A stretch of 64,000 nucleotides of DNA from an uncultured candidatus Porisulfidus sp. (GCA_965116025.1 OZ220480.1:1592495-1656494); one strand, 5' to 3'; shown: positions 1-9,490, numbered from the stretch's first letter. The notes: generated from the sequence alone by a model not told the origin. Program-made: numbers and translations.

Positions 1-902
1 GACGTGATCTCTAGCCGGTCGTCGTAAACCGCGAGTCCGATGGAGCCACCACTGATGGCGTAGTCGTGGTGACAAATAGCGTTGGCCACCGCTTCTCGTA
101 TCGCCATGAAAGGGTAGAGCGGCTCATCGATACGGGTGAATTGGTCTGGCGCGAAGCGGCTGGTGATGGGGATGGTCTCGCGCAGGAATCGCTCGGCGTG
201 GGAAAGCAACGCGAAGGCGTTGCCTACGAACTGGCGGTTGTCGAGGAATCTCGAGCGATCAAGACCCCGGAACCGGGCGACGCGGAGCAGGCACTGCGGC
301 ATGTCGGACTCGATGCGCTCCTCGCTTCCGAACAGCGCCGTGGCCGCCCGCGACAGGGCCCCGTCGTGAAGCAGCCCAAGCTTTCGTAGCAAATCTTCCG
401 GATCGCGGGAGCCCGGCTCATCCAGACGACCGACGCGCGCTGCGTCGGCGACCATGTTCTGGATTTCCGCCACATCCAGATCCTTGACCGACCATCCGTC
501 GGCAGGTTGGTTTTCCCACCGCCGCTCGCCGTGCATGCGCTCGAAAAGAATACGGTGGTATTCGTCGGTGGACATGGTCCGTGTAGCGTTGCCGACGCGT
601 CGATAGGCGACGCCGCGATACCGGTATGGCGCCGAGCCGCCGGGGCGTACGTGAACAGCGATCACTTCCCGCGTTCCATCCAAGCGAATTCTCTCGATCT
701 CCGGGAACGCGGGAGGATCGATTCTCTGGATTTCGGCGCTCACTTCCTCAATCGTCCGCTCGCCGACATGCTGACCCACGACGTTCCCGTCAGGGTCGAT
801 GCCGAAGAGCACGAGGCCACCCTTATGATTGAGCATGGCGCAGGCCGTCGCCACGGCCTCCCGCCGCGTTCCTGTGGTGGTCTTGAACTCGAGTTCGCCC
901 AA
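1..902 (-). CDS. AlbA_2/Schlafen-like DNA-binding domain plus HATPase_c_4-like domain protein (putative regulator). The 3' end is cut by the window edge and the start is uncertain.
   Basis: This minus-strand frame is absent from the ORF track because it runs off the edge. It reads ELGELEFKTTTG...LNHKGGLVLFGIDPDGNVVG, and later REAVANAICHHDYAISGGSIGLAVYDDRLEIT. There is an in-frame TTG at 900-902. The ATG at 943-945 is one frame off. An AT-rich promoter-like tract lies at 1040-1150. Confidence 0.6.
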   Translation of the reverse strand, partial: MGELEFKTTTGTRREAVATACAMLNHKGGLVLFGIDPDGNVVGQHVGERTIEEVSAEIQRIDPPAFPEIERIRLDGTREVIAVHVRPGGSAPYRYRGVAYRRVGNATRTMSTDEYHRILFERMHGERRWENQPADGWSVKDLDVAEIQNMVADAARVGRLDEPGSRDPEDLLRKLGLLHDGALSRAATALFGSEERIESDMPQCLLRVARFRGLDRSRFLDNRQFVGNAFALLSHAERFLRETIPITSRFAPDQFTRIDEPLYPFMAIREAVANAICHHDYAISGGSIGLAVYDDRLEIT

Positions 903-1149
903 CTCCCCGGACGCGGCCCATCGTTTCGACCTGCTCAGGAGTCATGAATCATCGCTTTCGTGCAGGCTCGCCACCCGCGCGGCTCCAAGGTCTCGCTATC
1001 GGTCTTGGAGCGATGATATCGGTTCGCGCGCGCGTCTTTCATGGCAAGCATAAGATTATCGCGCTCCCTGATGATTCTGGCTAAACAAGAGAACGAATAT
1101 CATAAAAAATTCAATTTCATCAACTGCATAAATAAATTCTCAAAATTTT

Positions 1150-2322
1150 TTAATAAGAATTCTCATCCAAGGACCGTAGCCCTTTCCGGTAGAGCTCTCG
1201 CGCGGCCTCGCTCTCGCCCATCCGCTCCAGGGTCTCCGCCAGTTCCCGATACAGCATGGGGCTTCCGCGCACTTTCTCCGCCACCTCCAGCTGCTCCCGG
1301 GCCTCCGAGAACTGGTCCAAGCGGTTATGCAGTCGCGCCAGAGCGATTCTCAGTGAAACGCGGTCTGGATCCCGTTCCAGCCATTTCCGGACTTTCTTGA
1401 TCATGCTCGGGTTAACAGGGCCAGGAATCGTTCCGTACAGATCGATCACCGCATCGTCGAGACGCTTGTCCAGCGTCTCGCGCAGGTGTTGCTCCAACTC
1501 TGGATGCGACAGCCCAAGCTCTCGGAGCCGCCCAGCGTAGTGGCGCAAGACTTCCGGATCGTCGCGCGCTTCCCCGAGTTTTGGCCACAAAGACTTCAAT
1601 TCCACTTCCCCGGCGTCCTCGCACAGATGGCGGGCGGCGTCGCGCAGCCATTCTTGGGTTTCGGCCCGCGGCGAATTCTCGCGCCGCGCCCGCTCGCGTC
1701 CCAGCTCGAGCAGTCGCTCCCAGCCGCGCAATTCCCGATAGCAACGCGCCAGTTGCCTCGGGATCCGAGGATCGTCCGGACGATCACCCGCCAGCACCTG
1801 CAGGACGGCCAGAGCCTCCTCCCATTCTTCCGCGGCGATCAGGCCATCCGCCTTGAGCCGGACGCTCGCCGCCTGGCTGTCGGGATCCGTGAGGGAGAGC
1901 AGGTGCGCTTTCCATGCGTCCCGGTCGCCGGACCGAATGCAGGCTGATGCGGCCAGCAGGCGAAGAATCTCCCGCCCCGATTCCATTCGCGCCGCCCGCT
2001 CCAGGCTCTGCCGCGCGCTCTCCGGGCGATCTTCCAGAAGTTCGCGCAGACCCCGCGCGAGCAGGGCGTCGACGCGGGCGCGGCGGCGCTCTCGGTATCG
2101 CTTCCGGACGCGTCGCGGGGTCTCTAGCGCCCGCGCCAGCGCTCCCACGAGGGTAAGCGCCCCGAAGACCGTCGCGATGCCGAGCAGCAGAGCCATCAGC
2201 AGAGAGGCTCGGATCGTGCGGTCGCCCACATGCGCGATAACCTCGCCACCCTGGATTTGGGTGGTCCAGACAGCCAGACCGGTCACGAGCAACGCCACGA
2301 AGATCAGCGCCAGGGCTTTCAT
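1150..2322 (-). CDS. hemY: HemY-like heme biosynthesis-associated TPR membrane protein
   Basis: 390-aa ORF with two N-terminal hydrophobic helices followed by TPR-like helical repeats. It is the last gene of the canonical hemC-hemD-hemX-hemY order and overlaps hemX by 4 nt. Confidence 0.8.
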   Translation of the reverse strand: MKALALIFVALLVTGLAVWTTQIQGGEVIAHVGDRTIRASLLMALLLGIATVFGALTLVGALARALETPRRVRKRYRERRRARVDALLARGLRELLEDRPESARQSLERAARMESGREILRLLAASACIRSGDRDAWKAHLLSLTDPDSQAASVRLKADGLIAAEEWEEALAVLQVLAGDRPDDPRIPRQLARCYRELRGWERLLELGRERARRENSPRAETQEWLRDAARHLCEDAGEVELKSLWPKLGEARDDPEVLRHYAGRLRELGLSHPELEQHLRETLDKRLDDAVIDLYGTIPGPVNPSMIKKVRKWLERDPDRVSLRIALARLHNRLDQFSEAREQLEVAEKVRGSPMLYRELAETLERMGESEAARELYRKGLRSLDENSY

Positions 2323-3296
2323 CGGTTCGGCGCCAAGTTTCGGGTTAGTTGCTCGAAATCAATGGAAGGCGGGAACGGATTCCGCTCGCGCAACTCCTCC
2401 AAATCGCGCTTCAGCGCCGGATAGCTGTCCTTGAGCGCAGGTTGCGAAAGCAAGGTCAGGACTCGCTCCAAAGATTGCATGTAGGAATCGGAGCGGTGGG
2501 ATTGCAAGGCGAGACGCGCCAAGTACAGTTCGGTTTGCGCGGCATGCAGGGTTAGGATGTGCTGGTAGGCCGAAATGGTCCGCACCGCCTCGGGCGCGCC
2601 GCGTCGCGTTTCCAGATGCTCGTCGAAATGCTCGACGAGGGAATCCCAGATACGGTCCCAGCCGCTGGCGGGAAGGGTCCGGTTCTGTCGCTCGACTTCC
2701 GTCCGCAACTGCGCGGCTCTCTCGCTCAGCACGAGCCAGCTCCCGGTCAGGATGCGGTGCGCGTGTTCCGCCTCCTCGCCTCGATAGCCCTCCAAGGTCG
2801 CGATCGCCTGGTCCACCTGCTGTATCAGGGTGTGGTAGTGAACCGGATCCAGGGACTCCAGAGCTTGCCGGGCTTGGCGCAGGGCGCTCAGCGTGCCGAG
2901 AGAGTCTTGGAGATAGTTTTGCTTGTACCGCGCGATCTGCAACAGGAAAGAGAGCTCCTCGACAGGATATTGGCGCGGGTCTGGCGCGGTCGAGATCGGG
3001 GCCAGTTTTCGTCGTAGCAGGGTCTCGTAGGTCGTGTAGCGGATTCGCAACTCTTCCAGGAACTGGTCCACCAGGGCCTGGGTTCGAACTTGCTCCTCAG
3101 AGATGCCGGTCAGGCGCCGATCGACCTCCATCAGCGCTTGGTGCGCCGATTTGTGGGTCTCGATCTGGCGGTCGCGCAACTCCAGGAAACGAGTTTGATT
3201 GTCAGTCCACAGCGCGTGCAGAAGAACGCCGCCCGCGATCAGGCCCAGCCAGCCGATCAGACCGACGGCGACGCCTAGTCGCGTGGCGCGGTTCAT
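2319..3296 (-). CDS. hemX: HemX-like membrane protein (uroporphyrinogen-III C-methyltransferase homologue family)
   Basis: ORF 2319..3476 trimmed to the internal ATG at 3296 (MNRATRLGVAVGLIGWLGLIAGG..., one TM anchor then a long helical region). ATGA start/stop overlap with hemD. Positioned between hemD and hemY. Confidence 0.75.
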   Translation of the reverse strand: MNRATRLGVAVGLIGWLGLIAGGVLLHALWTDNQTRFLELRDRQIETHKSAHQALMEVDRRLTGISEEQVRTQALVDQFLEELRIRYTTYETLLRRKLAPISTAPDPRQYPVEELSFLLQIARYKQNYLQDSLGTLSALRQARQALESLDPVHYHTLIQQVDQAIATLEGYRGEEAEHAHRILTGSWLVLSERAAQLRTEVERQNRTLPASGWDRIWDSLVEHFDEHLETRRGAPEAVRTISAYQHILTLHAAQTELYLARLALQSHRSDSYMQSLERVLTLLSQPALKDSYPALKRDLEELRERNPFPPSIDFEQLTRNLAPNR

Positions 3297-4066
3297 GTGG
3301 CGCGCGCCTTCGCGAAGTGTCGGATCAGAGCGTCGATCATGGCATCGTCCCCGGGATTGTCGGCGATTTCCGCAAGGGCAGTGTAGCCGAGTTTTCGGCA
3401 GGCGGTGGCGATTCGCGCGTTGCCGGCGATGAGCGCGCTCTCCTGAAGCATGGAAGCCTCGTCTTTCGCGACGCATCGCAGAAGATTCTCGGCGACCTCC
3501 ACGCTAGTGACGCAGATCGCTTCCGGTCGCCCGCCCGGCATCGCCGTGAAGGACAGCGCGCGGGTTGGAGGATCTCGCCGATAGACCTCAAGATACCGCG
3601 TGTCGGCGCCTCTCCGCCTCATTTCTTCGGCCAGCGTCTCGCGTCCGCCTCGCCCGCGAGCGATGATGACGCGCTGGCGCTCGAGTTCCCGCAGATCGGG
3701 CATGGACAGCAGAGCTTCGCTGTCGTGCGGGGGAGGGGCGACGAGCTCTGGCTTCAAGCCGAGCTCCCGCAGGGTCCGAGCCGTGGCCGGGCCAATGGCG
3801 GCGATCTTGGTGGAATGAGGGACGATCCGCGTCAGCGAATCCGGGCCCGACGCGAGGCCCCGCGCCGCGTTGGCGCTCGCGAAGACGAGGATCGTCGCCC
3901 GCGCGAGCGTGGCCAGCGCCGCCCGGTTCGGAGGAAGCAAGGTGACGCGGATGGCGGGGAAGTGGGCGATCTTCGCCCCGCTCGCGCGCAACCGGTCCGT
4001 GATCGGCCCGACCTGTCCCTCTGGGCGGGTCAGCAGAATTCGGTGGCCCGCGAGCGCGGCGTTCAT
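3293..4066 (-). CDS. hemD: uroporphyrinogen-III synthase
   Basis: 257-aa ORF with HEM4-like sequence. 4-nt overlaps with hemC upstream and hemX downstream. Confidence 0.85.
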   Translation of the reverse strand: MNAALAGHRILLTRPEGQVGPITDRLRASGAKIAHFPAIRVTLLPPNRAALATLARATILVFASANAARGLASGPDSLTRIVPHSTKIAAIGPATARTLRELGLKPELVAPPPHDSEALLSMPDLRELERQRVIIARGRGGRETLAEEMRRRGADTRYLEVYRRDPPTRALSFTAMPGGRPEAICVTSVEVAENLLRCVAKDEASMLQESALIAGNARIATACRKLGYTALAEIADNPGDDAMIDALIRHFAKARAT

Positions 4067-4992
4067 GCGTAGCCCTCGACTCCCAGCTCGGCCAGGATGT
4101 CTGCGCCGCCCTGGTCCAGCAATCGCTTCGCGGCCCGCGCGCCGGCGGCTTCCGGCTCCCCCTCGGTCGCCGCGCGCAGGATCAGACTACCGTCCGGGCG
4201 GGCGAGGCAGGCGCGCAAGCGAATCCCTTGGGAGGAGGCGCGAGTGGCGTGGGCCGCCAAGGGGATTTGGCAACTGCCGGATAGCGCGCGGCTGACCGCG
4301 CGCTCCGCGGCCACCGCGGTGGCGGTCGCGTCGTCATGCAGCGCGGCGACCCAGGTGCGGGCGCGCGAGTGATCTTCCGCGACCTCGATGCCAAGCGCGC
4401 CTTGGCCGACCGCGGGCAGGCACTCTTCAGTGGTAAGGGTCTGGGTGATTCGCTCGTCCAGGCCCAGGCGGGCCAGACCCGCTCGAGCCAGCACGATCGC
4501 CTCGAATTCTCCATCCCGCAGACGCTTCAGGCGAGTGCCGACGTTGCCGCGCAGGTCTCGGAATTCCAAACTTGGAAATCGCGCCCGCAACTGCGCCTTG
4601 CGTCGCAGGCTGGACGTTCCGACGCGGCCGCCCGCGGGCAGGGTCGCGAGCGTCTCGCTATGGAGGGCGATCACGCCGTCTCGGGGATCGGCGCGGGCGC
4701 AGATGGCCGCCAGCGCGAGGCCGTCCGGAAGGTCCGCCGGCACGTCCTTCATTGAGTGAACCGCGAGGTCAGCGTCGCCGGATAGCAGTCGGCGTTCCAG
4801 TTCCTTGACGAACAAGCCTTTGCCACCGATCTCGGACAGTGGCTGGTCCAGGACTTGGTCGCCCTCGGTTCGCACGCGCAACAACTCAACGTTCAGACCA
4901 TGCTCCCGGGCGAGCGCGTCGGCCACCATCTCGGCCTGCCGGACGGCTAGCGGGCTGCGGCGAGTGGCGATTCGGCACAGGGAACCGCTCAT
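4063..4992 (-). CDS. hemC: hydroxymethylbilane synthase (porphobilinogen deaminase)
   Basis: ORF 4063..5124 trimmed to ATG at 4992 (MSGSLCRIATRRSPLAVRQAE...). Motifs RIATRRSPLA, DLAVHSMKDVP and GTSSLRR give a typical 309-aa HemC. Confidence 0.93.
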   Translation of the reverse strand: MSGSLCRIATRRSPLAVRQAEMVADALAREHGLNVELLRVRTEGDQVLDQPLSEIGGKGLFVKELERRLLSGDADLAVHSMKDVPADLPDGLALAAICARADPRDGVIALHSETLATLPAGGRVGTSSLRRKAQLRARFPSLEFRDLRGNVGTRLKRLRDGEFEAIVLARAGLARLGLDERITQTLTTEECLPAVGQGALGIEVAEDHSRARTWVAALHDDATATAVAAERAVSRALSGSCQIPLAAHATRASSQGIRLRACLARPDGSLILRAATEGEPEAAGARAAKRLLDQGGADILAELGVEGYA

Positions 4993-5402
4993 GACGTTCG
5001 CGGCGTTAATCGGATGGGGCGCTCGTCCGGCGAGTACGGGCGGTCGCTCACGAACGCGATGTCCCAGCCGCCATCTTGTCGCCGACGGTATTGGATCTGC
5101 TTCAGGTCGGGCAGGGAGGAGCACGTCAGGGCCAGCGCCACGGCGGCGAGCGAATCGTCGTCGCGCTGGAGCGCCTGCGGGATCAGGCTGGCGGCCAGTT
5201 GCGCTCGCTTGAGGGAGTCCGGTCGCTCATAGCGCGCGCCGTCCACCTCGAAGCCTTCCAGAAGCTTCGCCTCCATCCGGGCGACCGCCTCGCGCTGGGC
5301 CCGACTCATGGAGACGGCACGGTCCCAGTACATCTCGAGACCGCCGTCGATCAGCACGGCGACTTTATCTTCGAAAGATGCCGGGAGGTCCGTCTGGTTC
5401 AC
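4989..5402 (-). CDS. hypothetical protein translationally coupled to hemC (start uncertain: GTG 5402 or ATG 5333)
   Basis: This is the C-terminal part of ORF 4989..5795. The N-terminal part of that ORF runs antisense through argH and is rejected. The stop overlaps the hemC ATG (ATGA at 4989-4992). No family recognised. Confidence 0.5.
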   Translation of the reverse strand: MNQTDLPASFEDKVAVLIDGGLEMYWDRAVSMSRAQREAVARMEAKLLEGFEVDGARYERPDSLKRAQLAASLIPQALQRDDDSLAAVALALTCSSLPDLKQIQYRRRQDGGWDIAFVSDRPYSPDERPIRLTPRTS

Positions 5403-5471
5403 GCGGGAGGCCGGGGTTCGCGAGAGGATGCGCGCGCTAGCATAAAATAGCGCCAAACTCGTGGGAGCGAC

Positions 5472-6887
5472 ATGCCCGATTCTACAGCGAAGCCCTGGGC
5501 CGGTCGGTTCGCCCAAGCGACCGACAGTCAGGTGGAGGCGTTCACCGCGTCCGTCCACTTCGACCAGCGCTTGTATCCCTATGACATCCAGGGCTCGGTG
5601 GCGCACGCCCGCGCGTTGCGTCGGGCGGGCGTGATTAGCGAGGAGGAATGCGAGACTCTCGTCGAGGGGCTGGCACGGACGCGAGCGCGCATCGATGCCG
5701 GTGAGGTCGAGTGGGATCCGGGGCTTGAGGACGTGCACATGAACATTGAGGCGATGCTGGTCGCTGAGGTTGGGGAGGTCGGCAAGAAGCTCCATACCGG
5801 CCGCTCCCGCAACGACCAGGTGGCCACCGATCTACGGCTGTACGTCCGGGCCGAGCAGGCGCGACTGGACGCCGAGGCGCATGCCCTGCAGTCGATTTTG
5901 GTCGAGCGGGCCGAGGTGGAAGCGGAGACCTTGATGGCGGGGTTCACTCACCTGCAGACGGCGCAACCGATCACGTTGGGCCACCATCTTCTAGCTTGGC
6001 ACGAGATGCTCAGGCGTGATCGGCAACGCTTGGCGGAGGCGTTTCGGCGCGCCAACGTCTTGCCGCTCGGGGCCGCGGCGCTGGCCGGATCCGGCTATCC
6101 GCTGGACCGGCGCTACGTGGCGGACCTCTTGGGATTTGACGATCTTTGCGACAACTCCCTGGACGCGGTCAGCGACCGGGACTTCGCGATCGAGACCTGC
6201 GCGGTCTTGGGGATCCTGATGGTGCATCTGTCCAGGATCGCGGAGGAGATCATCCTGTGGGCCAGCCCGGCGTTCGGCTGGGTCGATCTTCCAGACGAGC
6301 ACTGCACCGGATCCTCGCTCATGCCGCAGAAGAAGAATCCGGACGTTTTGGAACTGGTCCGTGGCAAAAGCGCGCGAGTCGTGGGAAACCTGCAGGCGCT
6401 TCTGACGCTTATGAAGGCGCAACCCCTGGCTTACAACCGAGACAACCAAGAGGACAAGGAACCTCTGTTCGATAGTCTGGACACCGCGCGCGCTTGCCTG
6501 TCGATCTTGGGGCCACTGGCGCGGGCGATGACGTTCGATCGGAAACGGCTGCGGGAGGCGGCCGCGGGCGGCTACTCGACCGCCACGGACTTGGCGGACG
6601 CGCTGGTGGCCCGTGGCGTGGCGTTCCGGGACGCGCATCGCGTCACCGGGAAGATCGTCGCCCACGCGGTGGAGCGTGGCGTGACTCTGGACGCGCTGAA
6701 GCTTGAGGAGGCCCGGCGGTTCAGCCCGGCCATCGATGCCGAGCTGCTCAAGTCGCTAACCCCGGAGCAGTCGGTCGCGGCGCGTGGGCTGCACGGCGGC
6801 ACCGCTCCCGACGCGGTGCGCGCGCGAGTGGCGCGGGCGCGCGAGGAGCTCGCGGCCGGGCCATTGGCGATGCCGAAGCTGCCCTGA
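5472..6887 (+). CDS. argH: argininosuccinate lyase
   Basis: 471-aa ORF with the fumarate-lyase signature GSSLMPQKKNPD and N-terminal WAGRF typical of ArgH. Confidence 0.95.
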   Translation: MPDSTAKPWAGRFAQATDSQVEAFTASVHFDQRLYPYDIQGSVAHARALRRAGVISEEECETLVEGLARTRARIDAGEVEWDPGLEDVHMNIEAMLVAEVGEVGKKLHTGRSRNDQVATDLRLYVRAEQARLDAEAHALQSILVERAEVEAETLMAGFTHLQTAQPITLGHHLLAWHEMLRRDRQRLAEAFRRANVLPLGAAALAGSGYPLDRRYVADLLGFDDLCDNSLDAVSDRDFAIETCAVLGILMVHLSRIAEEIILWASPAFGWVDLPDEHCTGSSLMPQKKNPDVLELVRGKSARVVGNLQALLTLMKAQPLAYNRDNQEDKEPLFDSLDTARACLSILGPLARAMTFDRKRLREAAAGGYSTATDLADALVARGVAFRDAHRVTGKIVAHAVERGVTLDALKLEEARRFSPAIDAELLKSLTPEQSVAARGLHGGTAPDAVRARVARAREELAAGPLAMPKLP

Positions 6888-6893
6888 ACCGGT

Positions 6894-7550
6894 TCAGTCC
6901 AGGTGGCGACGCAGGAATTCGCCGAGCGCGGCGAGCTCCTCCTCGGTGACGGCGTGACCGAAGTCCGCGCCATGCCAGTCGACGGACATCCCGCGCGCGC
7001 GCAGCCAGTCTCGGGATGCCGCGCCATATTCGGGGAGAACGACCTCGTCGGCGGTTCCGTGGGCCAGGAACGCGGGAGTTCGCGATGTCAGGCGGTCGGC
7101 CCGCCGCGCTAAATATTCGTCCTGCGGCAGATAGCCGGAAAGGCAGACGACCGCGGCGAGAGGCTCGGGATGGGTCAGCGTGGTGAACAGCGCCTGGGCA
7201 CCGCCTTGGGAGAACCCGCCGATGGCAAGTCGCTCAATCCCGGCTTTCCGCTGTTTCTCGAGCTCGTCGCGGACGCGCCGGGCGCTCGCTTCCAGTCCAG
7301 CCAGATCGCTGGTGACGCGCCCGCCTGGCTCCGGCAGGATATCGAACCAGGAAGGGGCGACCTGTCCGCCGAAGATCGTGACGGCCTGTGGCGTGGCTTG
7401 CGGCGCGATCACGCGCAGGCCCGGGCAGCGTAACTGGCGGCTCAGGTCCGCGAAATCGCTCGCGTTGGCGCCCAGTCCGTGCAGCCAGACCAGCGCGGAG
7501 CGCGCGGGGCCGTCGTCGGGTTCCAGGATCAGGGCGTCGGGACTGCTCAT
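6894..7550 (-). CDS. carboxylesterase/phospholipase family alpha/beta hydrolase
   Basis: ORF 6894..7949 trimmed to ATG 7550 (MSSPDALILEP...). Nucleophile elbow GFSQGG and the LHGLGA motif give 218 aa, typical of the Abhydrolase_2 family. Confidence 0.8.
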   Translation of the reverse strand: MSSPDALILEPDDGPARSALVWLHGLGANASDFADLSRQLRCPGLRVIAPQATPQAVTIFGGQVAPSWFDILPEPGGRVTSDLAGLEASARRVRDELEKQRKAGIERLAIGGFSQGGAQALFTTLTHPEPLAAVVCLSGYLPQDEYLARRADRLTSRTPAFLAHGTADEVVLPEYGAASRDWLRARGMSVDWHGADFGHAVTEEELAALGEFLRRHLD

Positions 7551-7632
7551 GGGGTGGAGCGGGCACCATTGCGGCGGGGTCTGGAGGAAGCCCTCATAGT
7601 ATAGTAAGCGCCACGCCGACAGGAGAGGTCGC

Positions 7633-7743
7633 ATGAGCGTTTTTCGATGGTTTTTTCTGGGCCTCGCGCTGGGCGGGGCGCTGGCCGGTTGCGGACAGAT
7701 GGGGCCGCTTGATCCCCCGCCAGGCGTCGCGACCAGCTCTTGA
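7633..7743 (+). CDS. lptM: small lipoprotein LptM/YifL-like
   Basis: 36-aa ORF MSVFRWFFLGLALGGALAGCGQMGPLDPPPGVATSS with lipobox LAGC followed by a GPL..PP motif. GGAG lies upstream and the stop overlaps the lysA ATG. The position upstream of lysA is conserved in gammaproteobacteria. Confidence 0.65.
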   Translation: MSVFRWFFLGLALGGALAGCGQMGPLDPPPGVATSS

Positions 7744-8999
7744 TGCGAGACTTTCTTTATCGGGACGGAAGATTGCATGCCGAATCCGTTCCCTTGGAAC
7801 GGATCGCGGAGGAATACGGCACGCCATGTTTCGTGTATTCCGCCGCCGCGATGACGCGCCAAGTGGTGGAGTTGCGAACGGCGTTCTCCGATCTGTCCTG
7901 CCGCATCTGCTATGCGGTCAAGGCCAACGGAAACCTCGCCGTGCTGCAACGCCTGGCGGAACTGGGTTGCGCCTTCGATCTCGTTTCTGGAGGCGAGCTA
8001 GCGCGCGCGCGCGCGGCGGGCGGCGATTTGTCGAAGTCGGTCTTCTCGGGCGTTGGCAAGACTTCGGAGGAGATCCGGTGGGCCTTGGATGCTGGCATCG
8101 GGGCTTTTCACGTGGAGTCGACGAGCGAGCTGGAGCGGATCTCTCGCATCGCGCGCGAGGAGGGGAAGACGGCCCCGGTCTCCCTGCGCGTGAATCCCGC
8201 CATCGACGTGGACACGCATCCGCACATCGCCACGGGGTTTCGTGGCAGCAAGTTCGGCATTCCCTGGGACCAGGCGCTGGAGACCTACCGTCTCGCGAAT
8301 CGTCTGGATGGGCTGGAAATTCGCGGAGTGGCCTGTCACGTCGGTTCCCAGCTGGTCGACGTGGAGCCGATCCTCGCGGCCGCGCGACAACTGGCGGGGC
8401 TGGCGGACCGGTTGCGCGACGAGGGGATCGCGCTCGAATATTTGGATGTCGGCGGCGGTCTCGGGATTCGCTATCGCGACGAGAAGCCCCCGTCGGTCGA
8501 TGCCTACGCGGCGGGTTTGCGCGAAGCGATAGGGGAGCGACCCCTGTCCTTGATCATCGAGCCGGGACGGTACGTCATGGGCGGCGCGGGCGTGCTGCTG
8601 ACCCGGGTGGAATACGTTAAGCCCGCGACGGACGGGCGCTTCGTGGTGGTGGACGCGGCCATGACCGAGCTGATGCGCCCGGCCCTGTACGGGGCTTGGC
8701 ACGAGATCGTGCCGGTCATTCGGGAGGAGGGGCGGGAGCGCGTGAACTGCGACGTCGTGGGCCCGGTGTGTGAGACGGCCGATTTTCTTGGTCGATCCAG
8801 GCGCCTCTCGGTGGAGGAGGGAGAATTGCTGGCGGCGCTCTCCTGCGGGGCCTACGCGGCCTCCATGGGCAGCTTCTACAATTCCCGGCCGCTGGCCGCT
8901 GAGGTGATGGTCGATGGCGACCGCCACGATCTGGTTCGGAGCCGAGGAGAGGTGGAATGGCTGTACGCCGGGGAGCGGCCTCGAAATGGAAAAATATGA
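7743..8999 (+). CDS. lysA: diaminopimelate decarboxylase
   Basis: ORF 7740..8999. PLP-lysine motif YAVKAN, N-terminal GTPCFVYS and C-terminal CGAYA are typical of LysA. Confidence 0.95.
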   Translation: MRDFLYRDGRLHAESVPLERIAEEYGTPCFVYSAAAMTRQVVELRTAFSDLSCRICYAVKANGNLAVLQRLAELGCAFDLVSGGELARARAAGGDLSKSVFSGVGKTSEEIRWALDAGIGAFHVESTSELERISRIAREEGKTAPVSLRVNPAIDVDTHPHIATGFRGSKFGIPWDQALETYRLANRLDGLEIRGVACHVGSQLVDVEPILAAARQLAGLADRLRDEGIALEYLDVGGGLGIRYRDEKPPSVDAYAAGLREAIGERPLSLIIEPGRYVMGGAGVLLTRVEYVKPATDGRFVVVDAAMTELMRPALYGAWHEIVPVIREEGRERVNCDVVGPVCETADFLGRSRRLSVEEGELLAALSCGAYAASMGSFYNSRPLAAEVMVDGDRHDLVRSRGEVEWLYAGERPRNGKI

Positions 9000-9241
9000 T
9001 CGGGAGCGATTCGCGCGCGGGGCCAACCGTGCTATCAAGGCGCTGATTCGCCAGTAGATCGATCCTCGGACACGTGGCGCGCAGGCGCGCGCTATGGCTT
9101 GACGGACGCGCTCTCGATGTCGTTCGAGGCGAGGTGTCGGGAGACGGACGAGAGCGCCATGGCGTTGGAGGCGGAATTCCGCTGGTGAGGATGGCGGATG
9201 GTCTTCAAGGCCGATTCTCCGTCCATGCTGTCACGTCTTCG

Positions 9242-9268
9242 GTTCAGGCCGCGTTTCGCGGCCTGAAC
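9242..9268. other. perfect GC-rich hairpin (12-bp arms GTTCAGGCCGCG / CGCGGCCTGAAC, 3-nt loop) in the 490-bp noncoding stretch after lysA
   Basis: Read directly from the sequence. There is no flanking U-tract, so it is not a canonical intrinsic terminator. Confidence 0.6.
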
Positions 9269-9490
9269 GCGCCGGTGGCGAGCGTCGCCGGTCGAGGCGT
9301 TAACACACTTTCACTATCGCGTCTGGAGTCTGGCGGACCCCCCGTTCGGAGGGCTTTCGCGACATCGGATCATTAATGATGTCCTGGGTGCTGCCCTTTC
9401 GAATTCCAGTTTGCAAGATTTGGCGCGAAAATGAGCGAGGGTGATACAATTCCCGTCGCGAAATGATTCTAAATTGAGAGGGAGCAAACC

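Noticed and set aside
4989-5795. Long N-terminal extensions offered by the ORF track. Examples are 4989..5795, hemX to 3476, hemC to 5124, the esterase to 7949, 11761 for the secreted protein, tadA from 39432, livG from 42018, livM from 43546, purL from 55373 and the antiporter to 22683.
   Set aside because: The extensions overlap neighbouring genes or read as low-complexity Arg/Pro-rich sequence. Internal starts restore typical protein lengths, signal peptides or start/stop coupling.
9074-9376. 100-aa plus-strand ORF and a 45-aa minus-strand ORF (MDGESALKTIRHPHQ...) in the gap between lysA and the RTX genes.
   Set aside because: Neither has a ribosome-binding site, a recognisable family or protein-like composition. 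The plus-strand ORF spans the GC hairpin.
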